The notes beneath the pieces are model-generated. The model did not search any database. It was not told the origin of the DNA and was given only the letters and a program-made list of their open reading frames with translations. From Candidatus Binatia bacterium (lineage in GTDB: Bacteria; Desulfobacterota; Binatia; HRBIN30): 64,000 nt of DNA. The stretch is from the NCBI GenBank assembly GCA_038245295.1, contig JBBRSP010000015.1:1-64000 (forward strand), read 5' to 3'. How positions within the stretch are numbered: position 1 is the first letter of the stretch; every line of letters begins with the position of its first letter. Below, in pieces: positions 38,804 to 48,965 of the stretch. A program made the translations under genes and the position numbers.

Positions 38804-39535
38804 CTATAGCCTGCCCGTGAGATCCATCAGGCGCAGCCACCAGACGATCCACAACGCCTCACCGGCAATGCGCTTGTTCATCTTGGAATCACCGACGGTA
38901 CGATCCATGAAAATGATCGGTGTCTCGCTGAACTTGGCACCATGGCGCCAGGCGCGATAGCTCATTTCAATTTGGAAGGCGTATCCGTTGGAACGCACGC
39001 GCTCGAGTTGGATGCGTTCGAGGATCTCGCGGCGCCAGCACTTGAAGCCACCGGTCATATCCGAAACCGGCAGGCGGGTGACCTTGCGAGCGTACCAATT
39101 GCCAAAGTAGCTCAGCAGCAACCGTTCGATCGGCCAGTTCACCACCGTGATCCCGTTCAAATAGCGCGAGCCGAGGACGACATCGCAGCTCTCGATCTGG
39201 CGTACGAAGTCGACCACCTTCTCGACGGGGTGAGAGAAGTCGGCATCCATTTGGACGATGTATTTGGCGCCAAGTCGCAAGGCTTCGGTAAAGCCGCTGA
39301 TGTAGGCTGGTCCGATCCCCTGTTTCTGCGGTCGACGCAACAAGTGGATACGAGGCTCTGTCGCGGCCATGGCGGCGACGACCTCGTCAGTTCGATCGGG
39401 AGAGTTGTCGTCGACGACGAGTACCCCGAGGTCGAGGCCGAGGCCGAGCAAGGCCGGAAGCATCTGCCGGATATTGTCGCGTTCGTTGTAGGTGGGAATG
39501 ACGACGAGCGTCGCCGGGCAGGCTTGCTCAACCAT
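38804..39535 (-). CDS. Polyprenol monophosphomannose synthase (Ppm1/DPM1 family GT2)
   Basis: IPTYNERDN, DDNSPD, QMDADFSH, GSRY, SNGYAFQIEM, DRTVGDSKM. Confidence 0.9.
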   Translation of the reverse strand: MVEQACPATLVVIPTYNERDNIRQMLPALLGLGLDLGVLVVDDNSPDRTDEVVAAMAATEPRIHLLRRPQKQGIGPAYISGFTEALRLGAKYIVQMDADFSHPVEKVVDFVRQIESCDVVLGSRYLNGITVVNWPIERLLLSYFGNWYARKVTRLPVSDMTGGFKCWRREILERIQLERVRSNGYAFQIEMSYRAWRHGAKFSETPIIFMDRTVGDSKMNKRIAGEALWIVWWLRLMDLTGRL

Positions 39536-40394
39536 GCTTCGCCCAGGGCGAACCAAGGAGGTCGCGCATCCGCTCCAAACCATGCCGCGCGCTACAGAGC
39601 GCGGCAACACGCCGGCTCTTGAGACCACCGCGCAAGGGTCGCGGCGCGCGCTGATTTAGCTCGGCGGTAGTGCGCGACTCGACGAGATCGGGGTCGAACC
39701 CGAAGACATCGGCAATCAAGCGGCCGAACGCGAAGCGATCCAGATAGTCGGCACCGCTCAAATGCAAAATCCCCCGCGTGCCTTGGTTGATATGGCGGCG
39801 CACTGCCGCGGCCATATCATTCGACCAGGTGGGCGTGCCCCATTGATCGATCGGGACACGCGTAGGCTCGCCGCGGCGCGCCCGCGCCAGGGTCGCCATG
39901 ACAAAGTTTTTGCCGGCGGATTCGACACCGAAGACGCCGCACAGACGAACCACCAGAGATCTCTCATTCGACGTCAGGACAGCCGACTCGGCTTCGAGCT
40001 TGTGGACACCATATACGTTGAGCGGATGGGTTGGCGCGTCCTCATCGTACGGTCCAGCAGCACCGTCAAAAACGTAGTCCGTGGAAAAGAATACGATGGA
40101 CGCGCCAATCTGTTGCGCGGCGCGCGCGACGATGGTTGGACCATCAACGTTCGCCGAGCATGATTCCGCCTCGTGATCCTCGCACCAGTCGACATGGGGT
40201 AATGCCGCCGGCACCAAAACTACATCGGGACGGGTTTGTTCCAAACATCGCGCTACCGCGGTGGCGTCGCGCATATCCAACGCGAGCAAGCCAGGAGCCG
40301 GATGGCCAAACGAGGTTCCCTGGCCTTCGGTGCCGAACTCTTCGAGCAAGGCTGAGCCGACGAACCCCGAAGCGCCGATAACCAGAGCGCGCAT
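39528..40394 (-). CDS. RmlD-like NDP-4-keto-sugar reductase
   Basis: GASGFVG, STDYVFDG, PLNVYGVHKLEAE, DQWGTPT, APRP. Confidence 0.87.
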   Translation of the reverse strand: MRALVIGASGFVGSALLEEFGTEGQGTSFGHPAPGLLALDMRDATAVARCLEQTRPDVVLVPAALPHVDWCEDHEAESCSANVDGPTIVARAAQQIGASIVFFSTDYVFDGAAGPYDEDAPTHPLNVYGVHKLEAESAVLTSNERSLVVRLCGVFGVESAGKNFVMATLARARRGEPTRVPIDQWGTPTWSNDMAAAVRRHINQGTRGILHLSGADYLDRFAFGRLIADVFGFDPDLVESRTTAELNQRAPRPLRGGLKSRRVAALCSARHGLERMRDLLGSPWAKHG

Positions 40395-40410
40395 TTGTCA
40401 GCTACCTACC

Positions 40411-41256
40411 TCAGCCGACACCGGCGAGGCTGACCGCTTCCGGCCTGCCAATGTCGAATCGCTGTGAGCGTCGGATACCGCGCCGATGCAGCCAGTATTC
40501 GCCCATCGTCCCCAAGACCTGGAAGCCGTACTTCCAGATGTTCACGTAACATGGCTCCGGTCCGTAGTGTGTTGGGATGGTACGCTCGACGACGCGTAGA
40601 TTGGCGATCTTGAACTGTACCAGGATCTGCGAATCAAAATGATAGTCGTCGGAGCAGCGTTGGAACGGCACCTGGCGCAGCGCCCGGCAGGAGAACAGGC
40701 GATAGCCGGAGTGATACTCCGAGAGGTTCCAACCCAGAACCCAGTTTTCAACCGTCGTGAGCACCAGGTTCCCCACGTAACGGTGCAACGGCATGCCTCC
40801 GGCACGCGGGTCACCGGTAATGCGCGAACCGAAGACCATGTCGGCCTCGCCGCTCAGCAGCGGCTCGATCAGTTGCGGCATCGATTCGGGAGCATACTGT
40901 CCATCGCCGTGCAGCATGACCACGTGATCGTAGCCTTGTTCGCAACAATGTTTATAGGCAAGTTTCTGGCTGGCGCCGTAGCCGCGGTTCGTCGGCTGCG
41001 TCAGGATGCGCAAACGATCGTAGTGATGTTCGGCGGCCCACTGTCGAGCCGCATCGGCCGTGCCGTCGGTGCTACCGTCATCGACGACAATCACCTCGAC
41101 CGCACTATCCAGGATCGGCTGTGGAATGCGACTCAGGGTTGGCGCGATATACGGCGCGAGATTGTATGCCGGGACATAAATCGCCAGCTTCACGCCTTGC
41201 AGCTGCTTGGCAATGCTCGATGCGCTAACTTCCACATTCAACCTCGATCGCACCAT
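40411..41256 (-). CDS. Glycosyltransferase family 2
   Basis: PAYN, VDDGSTD, NRGYG, LHGDGQY, EYHSGYR; start approximate. Confidence 0.88.
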   Translation of the reverse strand: MVRSRLNVEVSASSIAKQLQGVKLAIYVPAYNLAPYIAPTLSRIPQPILDSAVEVIVVDDGSTDGTADAARQWAAEHHYDRLRILTQPTNRGYGASQKLAYKHCCEQGYDHVVMLHGDGQYAPESMPQLIEPLLSGEADMVFGSRITGDPRAGGMPLHRYVGNLVLTTVENWVLGWNLSEYHSGYRLFSCRALRQVPFQRCSDDYHFDSQILVQFKIANLRVVERTIPTHYGPEPCYVNIWKYGFQVLGTMGEYWLHRRGIRRSQRFDIGRPEAVSLAGVG

Positions 41257-41261
41257 CGATC

Positions 41262-42356
41262 TCACACGGCGGAACGGCGGCGGACCACCCCGACGACCCC
41301 GGCTGTGTCGGGAATCTCGGAAAGCACCGACCGCCGGCCGCCAAGAACCGTTTCCGCCTCTTGCAGGATGCGCAGCCAGCGTAGGTTCTCGTAACGCGGG
41401 TGTAACAAGTCCTCGCGCTTCCAATCACGCAGGCGGGTGACCAGATCGCGCACCGCCTCCTCAACGGAGACAACCGCGCGAAAGCCGAGGACACGCTCAA
41501 TCTTGCCCGTCGATACCCGGTAACTGCGAACGCCGCGATAGGCGTAGTCGGCATTGATCTCAACGGGAACATTCATCTCGCGCAACACACTGGCGACGCG
41601 CAGCGCGAGCTCGGAAATGCGAATATTGCGCTCCGCGACGTTGAAGATCTGACCATGGATCTGCGCTTCGTCGGCGGTGACGCACGCCAGGTACGCGCGC
41701 GCTGCGTCACGAATGTCGAGGATCGGTCTCCACATTTCGCCACCACAAAAGATGGTGATGCGTCCGGTGGTCAGCGCGTCGCGCACGAAGGTGTTGACCA
41801 CAAGGTCGAAGCGCATACGGGCCGAGTAGCCGAAGATGGTTCCCTTGCGCAGGATCACCGGACAAAAGTCGGCGCCAGCCATCTCCAGCAACTGCTTCTC
41901 CGCGTCGTGCTTTGAGGTCGCGTAGGCGGCACGCGGCTGGACCTCGGAGGCTTCGTCGTAAACCAGGTCGCTGGCGTCGTCGTTGGTGCCGCGATCGTAG
42001 ATCGAACAGGACGACGCAAATACGTAGCGTCGCACGCCGGCGGCGCGGGCCAATTCCGCCAGCCGGATCGTCGCCACCGTGTTCAGCTCGTAATTGGCGG
42101 CCGGGTCATACTCGGCTGTGGGATCGTTGGAGAGTCCGCCAACGTTGATCACGGTATCGACGCCGGCGAAGTGGACCGGGTCGACGCGGCGCATGTCACA
42201 GTGAACCAACTCGATGCGGTCGCGAATGGCGCGCAGGCCCTCTTCGCCGAACAGCATACGGTCGAGGACGCGCACGGCGTAGCCGCGCTCGAGCAATTCC
42301 TGGTTGAGGAGTGCCCCAACGTAACCGGCACCGCCAACCACCAAGACCGTGTGCAT
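41262..42356 (-). CDS. NAD-dependent epimerase/dehydratase (extended SDR)
   Basis: GGAGYVG, LSNDP, ASSCSIY, YATSK, RMRFDLVVN. Confidence 0.9.
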   Translation of the reverse strand: MHTVLVVGGAGYVGALLNQELLERGYAVRVLDRMLFGEEGLRAIRDRIELVHCDMRRVDPVHFAGVDTVINVGGLSNDPTAEYDPAANYELNTVATIRLAELARAAGVRRYVFASSCSIYDRGTNDDASDLVYDEASEVQPRAAYATSKHDAEKQLLEMAGADFCPVILRKGTIFGYSARMRFDLVVNTFVRDALTTGRITIFCGGEMWRPILDIRDAARAYLACVTADEAQIHGQIFNVAERNIRISELALRVASVLREMNVPVEINADYAYRGVRSYRVSTGKIERVLGFRAVVSVEEAVRDLVTRLRDWKREDLLHPRYENLRWLRILQEAETVLGGRRSVLSEIPDTAGVVGVVRRRSAV

Positions 42357-42824
42357 CTAGCGTCCCTTCACCGCCCAGACATCGCCGAAGGAATCGGGCG
42401 GAACACGCACCTCGTCGGGCTTGTCGCGGACATACACCTCGGTGGCGGTACTGATCATCTGGGTATCGTCCTGCAGCGACATCCAACCGTGGAACACACC
42501 TGGAGGGACGACGATCATCGACGGATTGCGATCACTAGCGACAATCGTGTTCATCTCTTTGTACGTGGCGCTTTCGGGGCGATCGTCGACCAGGACAAAT
42601 TTTGCGGCACCATGATTGATGAAGAATAAGTCCCACATCACCAGATGCTTATGGAAGGCTCGAATCGTGTTCTTGGTCAAATTTCCTACCAGGTACACCT
42701 GGCCAAACTTGGTGAGATACGGATCGCTGGCGCGGACGATCTCGATCAGGTAGCCACGATCATCTACGCGGGCGACAAGGCTGATATTTTCGACGTCGGC
42801 AATCACGGGGCGCGAAGGTCGCAC
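42357..42824 (-). CDS. RmlC-like cupin (NDP-sugar epimerase/isomerase)
   Basis: DDRGYLIE, FGQVY, IRAFHKH, DDRPESATY, VPPGVFHG; start uncertain. Confidence 0.82.
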   Translation of the reverse strand: MRPSRPVIADVENISLVARVDDRGYLIEIVRASDPYLTKFGQVYLVGNLTKNTIRAFHKHLVMWDLFFINHGAAKFVLVDDRPESATYKEMNTIVASDRNPSMIVVPPGVFHGWMSLQDDTQMISTATEVYVRDKPDEVRVPPDSFGDVWAVKGR

Positions 42825-42847
42825 ACGACACTCGGGTTTGCAATCGC

Positions 42848-44545
42848 TCAGATCGACGGGCGGGCAGGACGGAAAGCGGCCAGAACGGACTGCGCCTCGG
42901 CCCAATCCGGCACCGCCGTAGCCAAACGGAAGGCGAGGGATGCGGCACGGTCCGGATGACCGTGTTCGGCGAGGTACGATACGAGGGCGAGCAAACTTGG
43001 GTTGCGAAAGTTGAGCGGTTCATCGCAAAGGGCGATCTGGTCGACTTTCCAAAGCAGCTGGGGAAGCGGACCGATTGCCATGAAGAGATCGAGGAGCAGC
43101 GTTCGGCGCACCAGGCTGGCGGTCGGCAGGTCGAAGAAGGCCACCTGGATCTGTAGTTCGTCCATTCCATTCTGTCCGACGTACCAGACCAGGATCGAAT
43201 CGGATGGGCTGACATCGAGAATCGACAGCCGCGCCATCAGGTCGCGTGCCTTACGCCACTCTGGATAGAACTGGACATTCGAAGGTGAAACAAACCAGTA
43301 ATGCTTTTGCCCGGTGTAGTAGAGGACAGAGCGTAGAACGCTCACCTGAGGGACGATCCGTTGTTCCAGGGCGGGCACATGAAACGTCAACGCTGGACGA
43401 TCGAGCAGAACAACGATCTCGTCGTCCGCAACGGCGTTTTTTTCGACGATCCGCGCCGCCCCACTCCAAGTCGGAACCGATTCATTCGTTCGTCCCCATC
43501 CGCCCCACCCCCAGAGGAGTACGATGGCGAAGGCGAGGACACTTCCCCAGACCAACTGCCAGCGGCGCTGGTCCAGCCGTGCGAGCGTCCAATCGACACC
43601 AACACCGGCCAACACGCACAGAGCGAACGCCGCAGGCGCCAACGGTTCGCCGTCGAAGGTGACCGATCGAGCAGCTTGCGCCGCCAGAATCCCGATCACC
43701 ATGCCCAGAGCCGAAAGCGCTAGACCAAGCACACCATGGCGGCCTCGACCCATTAGGAGGCCGACAGTAGCGGCAGCGGGGAGGACGACAGCCGCCGCCG
43801 TGAGATCGTTAACGCCAGCGGACATCAGAGCCGCGGCGCGCCGCAACGCCAGAGGGAGTGGCTCAGAGAAGTAGGCGCCTGGCGGCAGCGGTGCGCCGCT
43901 GGACCACCAGATGATCGTGGCCAACGTGGCACCGAGTATCAGCGCGCCCAACTTTGTCGCGGCGCGATCGCCGAAGGGCAAGAGGAGCGCCATGACGAGG
44001 ACGGCAAAAATGCCCGGGTAGCCTGCCAGGACTAGAACTACCGTCGATAGGGTGACGGCTCCGATTTGCAACCCGCGCCGCGTGCTGAGCGAGAGGCTTA
44101 GATGGAGGAGGCCAAACCCCAGGGCCAACCAGACCCCGCATTCGAGATGGCGCGAAGTATCGACCAGCAGCGGGTGAGCCGCCGCCAGCATTGCGGCGAC
44201 ACAGCCGGCGGCAGGGCCGGAAAGGAGCGCCGCGAGTGCGAAGGCGGTGGCAACCAGGCACACGCCGGCGACGATCGACGGCAAACGCAGATGTTCAGGA
44301 GAGGAACCGGAAGAGCGTGAAATCGCTGCCACCGCAACGGTCAGCAGCGATGCGTCGGCGATCGGCGCCTGAGCATCGCCCTCGACCCGCCGCACCACGG
44401 ACATCTCTGCCGCCGTAAATTCAGGCGTCGGCGGGCCACAGCGTAGAATCGACAGGGCGACCGCCCCAGCAAGAATAAGCAACGCGCCGAAGCGCGGCCG
44501 GACGGATCCGGAGAGATGATCAGAATTGCCGGTGGGCGGAGTCAA
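42848..44545 (-). CDS. Polytopic membrane protein, probably GT-C-like
   Basis: LRLPSIVAG, LAAAHPLLV pattern and many TMs; start uncertain. Confidence 0.6.
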   Translation of the reverse strand: MTPPTGNSDHLSGSVRPRFGALLILAGAVALSILRCGPPTPEFTAAEMSVVRRVEGDAQAPIADASLLTVAVAAISRSSGSSPEHLRLPSIVAGVCLVATAFALAALLSGPAAGCVAAMLAAAHPLLVDTSRHLECGVWLALGFGLLHLSLSLSTRRGLQIGAVTLSTVVLVLAGYPGIFAVLVMALLLPFGDRAATKLGALILGATLATIIWWSSGAPLPPGAYFSEPLPLALRRAAALMSAGVNDLTAAAVVLPAAATVGLLMGRGRHGVLGLALSALGMVIGILAAQAARSVTFDGEPLAPAAFALCVLAGVGVDWTLARLDQRRWQLVWGSVLAFAIVLLWGWGGWGRTNESVPTWSGAARIVEKNAVADDEIVVLLDRPALTFHVPALEQRIVPQVSVLRSVLYYTGQKHYWFVSPSNVQFYPEWRKARDLMARLSILDVSPSDSILVWYVGQNGMDELQIQVAFFDLPTASLVRRTLLLDLFMAIGPLPQLLWKVDQIALCDEPLNFRNPSLLALVSYLAEHGHPDRAASLAFRLATAVPDWAEAQSVLAAFRPARPSI

Positions 44546-44771
44546 GATTCTGCTCTGCCGGAGGGTGTGGTACCCAACAGGTTCCGGCTGGGCGTCGTAG
44601 GCGCAATTTGTCGTCGGACAGTCGGGCGAAGATTCCGGTCGGCAGGACCACGATAAAGTAGAAGACGATCATCAGAATCCGCGTTTGCACAACTCCGATC
44701 GCCCGCGCCAGCTGCTGCCAGTGAGTCCATGCACCACGCAAGAATCCAGGAGTCTGTTCTGCATCACCCAT
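44520..44771 (-). CDS. Short SxtJ-family membrane protein
   Basis: W..LARAIGVVQTRILMIVFYFIVVLPTGI...D.LRL...W...RQF; GGAG upstream. Confidence 0.78.
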   Translation of the reverse strand: MGDAEQTPGFLRGAWTHWQQLARAIGVVQTRILMIVFYFIVVLPTGIFARLSDDKLRLRRPAGTCWVPHPPAEQNLDSAHRQF

Positions 44772-44963
44772 TCGTGTGTCGCTCCAAGGAGTTCGGTCTC
44801 TTCATCTCGCGGCCAATCGTGTTCAAACGCATGCGTATCGCGCAGCCGGAGCAACTTCGCAAGGACTAGTCGCGCCTCGGCCGCGTCGCGGAGGCACCGC
44901 CCTCTTTCGGGATCGCCGGTAGCCGGTTGACGCAGCGCGACAAGGCCTGTAAGCGAGGCCGTC

Positions 44964-45389
44964 GTGCACGCTTTGGCCAATCTCGTTCTTGCGGTGGGTC
45001 TTCTCCCGGCGATGCTCAGCGGCTGCACCAAGCCACCGCCTGGGATTCTCACCTTGGCACCCGGCATGATGACCACAGAAGGCGCGACTCAATCGCACCC
45101 CGATGGCTCACTGGTCCTCGAAGGCAGCGCCGCCGGGTCCACCGAGATCTACCTGCCACGTGGAAAAACGAGCCTCGCGGTTTCCCTGAGCGTCGGTGCC
45201 GACGCCCCGGCGGGGCTGACGATTTGGTTCGACGGACGCCGCATCGCCACCGCCCCGCCCAAAACAGAAACTCAAGTAATTCGGGAGGTTTTGTCGCTTG
45301 AACGGGGCGGGGTCTACGCCTTGCGGTTAGTGGCGGAGGGCGCGCCGGGCACGTCGGTCGTCGTCACCAAAGTCGTGCTCGCGCGTTGA
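44964..45389 (+). CDS. Hypothetical lipoprotein
   Basis: LSGC lipobox, beta-rich mature part. Confidence 0.55.
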   Translation: MHALANLVLAVGLLPAMLSGCTKPPPGILTLAPGMMTTEGATQSHPDGSLVLEGSAAGSTEIYLPRGKTSLAVSLSVGADAPAGLTIWFDGRRIATAPPKTETQVIREVLSLERGGVYALRLVAEGAPGTSVVVTKVVLAR

Positions 45390-45561
45390 TGGCCATCCAT
45401 ATCACATTCAGGAGAACGGGCGGTTGTGCTCACGTTAGAAACATTCATCGAAAAAACGCATTCTTGAATTTGCTTTAGGTCTGCACGTCGGGTAGCTTGC
45501 AGATCGGCAAGGCAACCCCGCCGGCAAACGAATCACTTTTTTAAGGAGCAAGAGAAGGATC

Positions 45562-46743
45562 ATGGACGATCGGCTCGGCGCTTTGGCGCTGAAGATGAAC
45601 GAAGAGACGCCCAACGAAGAGGAGCTTGAACTCGAAGCTCCTATCGAGGCCCCCGAACCGGAAGAAGTTGAAGTAGCAGAGCGGATCGGCGACTACGACC
45701 TCCCGGCGCATTTTTTTCAGGACGTCAGCACCACCCAGATGCTGGCGCCCGAGGAAGAGCAATCCATCGCCCGCGCCATCGTGCGCGCGCGTAACCGGAT
45801 TCGCCGATTGCTCCGCCGCCAACCCAACCTGGTTGCAGCCGCCCTGCCCTTGCACGGCCGCAGCGTGATTCACCCGAGTGAGGATTTCCGCGAACGCGAG
45901 ACCGTCATGGTTCTCGAATACGCGAAGGTTCATCTCAAATCGCGCCGCCGTCTGGACCTGCGCTTTGGCGACCGCGTCCGCCTGCGAGAGTTCGTCACCG
46001 AGATCGAAACCGAGCTCGACTCGTACCGCAGTCTGCGCGACCGCATGATCGAGGCCAATCTCCGTCTGGTGATCTCCTTCGCCAAGCGGTACCGCCGGGC
46101 AGGCGTGTCGTTCCTTGATATGGTGCAAGAAGGCGCGCTTGGTTTGATTCGTGCCGTCGAAAAGTACGACCCGGTCAAGGAAGTAAAGTTCGGCACCTAT
46201 GCGGTCTGGTGGATCTGGCAGCAAATCGGGCGCGCTGGCGACATGCACAGCGGTCTGATCCGCACGCCTGTCCACTGGAATCAGCTGCGTCGTAAGGTCG
46301 GGCGCGAGACCCAGCGCCTGCAAACGAAATACGACGGCGAAGTGGATCGTGAGGTTCTTGCCGAGGCCAGCGGTGTTGATGCCGAGCGCCTGGAGACCAT
46401 GACGCAGAGCTTCCAATGCGTCTCGATCGACGCGCCCCTCGGCGCCGATGACGACCGCACACTGGAAGAGTTGCTCGCCAGTGACAGCGATGATCCGGAA
46501 CGTGAGGCCGCCGCCGGCGATCTGAGCGCCCAGCTTGAGCTCGCCTTGAACCAGCTGCCGGCCCGCGAGGCCGACATCTTGCGCCTGCGTTTTGGCACGG
46601 TCGATAGCCAGCCCCTGACCTTGGAAGAGGTTGGCCGCCGCTACGGCGTCAGCCGCGAGCGTATCCGCCAACTCGAGGCACGTGCCCTCAAGCAGTTGCT
46701 ACCCATCTGCGAGAACCAAGGGCTGCGCGCCTACGTAGACTAA
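45562..46743 (+). CDS. Sigma-70 family factor (RpoD/RpoS-like, no region 1.1)
   Basis: [37 protein letters not shown]...[16 protein letters not shown] upstream. Confidence 0.93.
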   Translation: MDDRLGALALKMNEETPNEEELELEAPIEAPEPEEVEVAERIGDYDLPAHFFQDVSTTQMLAPEEEQSIARAIVRARNRIRRLLRRQPNLVAAALPLHGRSVIHPSEDFRERETVMVLEYAKVHLKSRRRLDLRFGDRVRLREFVTEIETELDSYRSLRDRMIEANLRLVISFAKRYRRAGVSFLDMVQEGALGLIRAVEKYDPVKEVKFGTYAVWWIWQQIGRAGDMHSGLIRTPVHWNQLRRKVGRETQRLQTKYDGEVDREVLAEASGVDAERLETMTQSFQCVSIDAPLGADDDRTLEELLASDSDDPEREAAAGDLSAQLELALNQLPAREADILRLRFGTVDSQPLTLEEVGRRYGVSRERIRQLEARALKQLLPICENQGLRAYVD

Positions 46744-46755
46744 ACACCTGGAAGA

Positions 46756-46796
46756 AAAGGCCGGCATCCAAACTGATGCCGGCCTTTCTTATTTTT
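46756..46796 (+). terminator. Intrinsic terminator
   Basis: AAAGGCCGGCATC-loop-GATGCCGGCCTTT followed by T-rich run. Confidence 0.8.
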
Positions 46797-46806
46797 GGAG
46801 GACAGA

Positions 46807-47478
46807 ATGCGCAAGTTTGCTCTCACCGCAATTGTCGTCGCCAGCTTGGCGGGAAACGCCTTGGCAGCCGATGTTCAGTTGAAGACCGAAGATGAAAAGA
46901 CCGTCTACGCCATGGGTTTGATGTTCAGCCAGAGCCTCGCCGGGTACAATCTCTCCCCCGCCGAGCTCGATATCTTCAAGGCCGGACTCACCGAAGGCTT
47001 TGGTGGGAAGGAAAGTAAGAAGGTTGACCTCGAAGCCTACAGAGGAAAGATCCAACAGTTCGCCCAGAGCCGCCAGGAAGCGCAGGCAGCGATCGAAAAG
47101 AAGGCCGGCGACGCGTATCTCGCCAAAGCAGCCACGGAGCCGGGCGCGAAGAAGACTGAATCGGGCCTGATTTACTTCGAGACCAAGGCGGGTACCGGCG
47201 AATCACCCAAGGCTACCGACAAGGTCAAGGTTCATTATCACGGCACCCTGATTGACGGCACCGTGTTCGACAGCTCGGTCCAGCGTGGCGAACCGGCGAC
47301 GTTCCCGCTCAACCAGGTGATCAAGTGTTGGACCGAAGGCGTGCAGCTGATGAAGGTCGGCGGCAAAGCCAAGCTCGTCTGCCCTGCGGATATTGCCTAC
47401 GGCAACCGTGGCGCCGGCAAGATCAAGGCAGGCTCGACGTTGATCTTCGAAGTTGAGCTGATCGAGATCGTCAAGTAA
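46807..47478 (+). CDS. FKBP-type peptidyl-prolyl isomerase (FkpA/Mip-like, exported)
   Basis: Signal peptide; VKVHYHGTLIDGTVFDSS, VIKCWTEG, AYG, LIFEVEL; GGAGG RBS. Confidence 0.95.
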   Translation: MRKFALTAIVVASLAGNALAADVQLKTEDEKTVYAMGLMFSQSLAGYNLSPAELDIFKAGLTEGFGGKESKKVDLEAYRGKIQQFAQSRQEAQAAIEKKAGDAYLAKAATEPGAKKTESGLIYFETKAGTGESPKATDKVKVHYHGTLIDGTVFDSSVQRGEPATFPLNQVIKCWTEGVQLMKVGGKAKLVCPADIAYGNRGAGKIKAGSTLIFEVELIEIVK

Positions 47479-47535
47479 CCACACCAGGGCGCGCTCCCAG
47501 AGGGCGCCGCATACCGGAGTTAGTCGAAGTTCCAG

Positions 47536-47751
47536 ATGAAGCTCCGCTCAAACGACATCAGCCCGTTGATCCGCGTGCCACCCGGCACGCGGATCCGTCT
47601 CGAAAACTATCCGCCGGCGGGCCCCGCCACTCCGAATATGCAAGACCTGGGGCGCAGCCACCTCAACCAGCGCGCCCAGCCCCTTCTCGCCAAAGAAAGG
47701 CTAGAGGTCGGCCCTCGCGGCGGACCTCGCCCATGCGCACCGAGATCCTGA
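47536..47751 (+). pseudogene. Probable N-terminal remnant of a polyphosphate kinase 2 gene
   Basis: RVPPGTRIRLENY.P...LG...L.QRA..LL resembles PPK2 N-termini; ends before any Walker A motif. Confidence 0.5.
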
Positions 47752-48965
47752 ACGGCCTTAGCGCCATCCCACGCGACGACTGGGATGCGTTGGTCGGCGA
47801 CGGATGCCCATTCCTCGAGTGGGGCTGGCTGGCTTCCCTCGAGGCCTCCGGATGCGTTAGCCCAGAGACCGGCTGGTTACCGCAACACATCGCGATCTAC
47901 GAAGGGACGCAACTCGTTGCCGCCTGTCCACTTTACGTAAAAGGACACAGCCAGGGTGAGTTCGTGTTCGATCATGGCTGGGCCGACGCGGCCGAACGAG
48001 CCGGCATCCGATATTTCCCCAAACTGTTGGCTGCTGTCCCGTTCACTCCGGCCACCGGCCATCGCGTTCTCGTAGGTTCAGGAATCGATCGCGCACCAGT
48101 CATCGACCATGTCGCTACAGTGCTAAAGGACATCTGCCGGCAGAACGGGTTCTCTTCCGCTCACGTCAACTTTTGCGCAACCGATGAACTGGAGAGGTTT
48201 GCGCAAAGCGGTTTCTTGCAGCGCACGGGATATCAGTTCCAGTGGCTGAATCGTGGCTGGAAACACTTTGATGACTACCTCGAATCGTTTCGCAGCAAAC
48301 GGCGCGTGCAAATCAAGCGCGAGCGTCGTGAGCTCGTCAGCCAGGACATCACGATTTCCGCTCTTGAGGGGGAGGCCATTCCCGACGAGTTATTCCCTGT
48401 CATGTATCGCCTCTACCGCACCACGATCGACAAGCTCTATTGGGGCCGCCAGTACTTGAACGAGACGTTGTTCGAGCTGATCTGCCAGCACTGGAAGAAG
48501 CGTCTCTGCTTTTTTGTCGCACGCCGGGCCGGTGAAATTGTGGCCGGCACCTTCACCGTGCGCAAAGGGAACGTACTATATGGCCGATACTGGGGGACAT
48601 TCCGCGAGGACTTGCGCTATTTGCACTTCAACGTCTGCTACTACGCATCGATCGAGTACTGCCTCGAGCACGGCATCAGTAGCTTCGAACCAGGCGCTGG
48701 CGGCGAGTTCAAACATCTGCGTGGCTTCGACGCCCGCCCGACCTACAGCATGCACTATCTCGCCGACTCGCGTTTGTCCGCCGCCGTAAAGGCCTACCTG
48801 CAAAGCGAACGCGCCGCCATTGGCAACGAGATTGACTGGTACGAAGAGCGCAGCGCGCTCAAGAAGACGTCGGTTCAATCCGCCGAACTAGCCGAAGGCG
48901 CCGAACCGGACGCCGCCGGCACCGAAGGCACGGGGCGGGCCGATCCTTCGGACGCCGACGAATAG
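47733..48965 (+). CDS. FemAB-like GNAT protein (DUF482 family)
   Basis: PLYVKGHSQGEFVFDHGWA, PKLLAAVPFTPATG, LYGRYWG, LHFNVCYY, FEPGAGGEFK..RGF. Confidence 0.9.
   Translation: MRTEILNGLSAIPRDDWDALVGDGCPFLEWGWLASLEASGCVSPETGWLPQHIAIYEGTQLVAACPLYVKGHSQGEFVFDHGWADAAERAGIRYFPKLLAAVPFTPATGHRVLVGSGIDRAPVIDHVATVLKDICRQNGFSSAHVNFCATDELERFAQSGFLQRTGYQFQWLNRGWKHFDDYLESFRSKRRVQIKRERRELVSQDITISALEGEAIPDELFPVMYRLYRTTIDKLYWGRQYLNETLFELICQHWKKRLCFFVARRAGEIVAGTFTVRKGNVLYGRYWGTFREDLRYLHFNVCYYASIEYCLEHGISSFEPGAGGEFKHLRGFDARPTYSMHYLADSRLSAAVKAYLQSERAAIGNEIDWYEERSALKKTSVQSAELAEGAEPDAAGTEGTGRADPSDADE

Noticed and set aside
44672..45076. Possible SxtK/DUF5989 partner upstream of the SxtJ-like gene
   Set aside because: The minus-strand ORF there has no TM plus FIYxxF ending and overlaps a more plausible plus-strand lipoprotein gene
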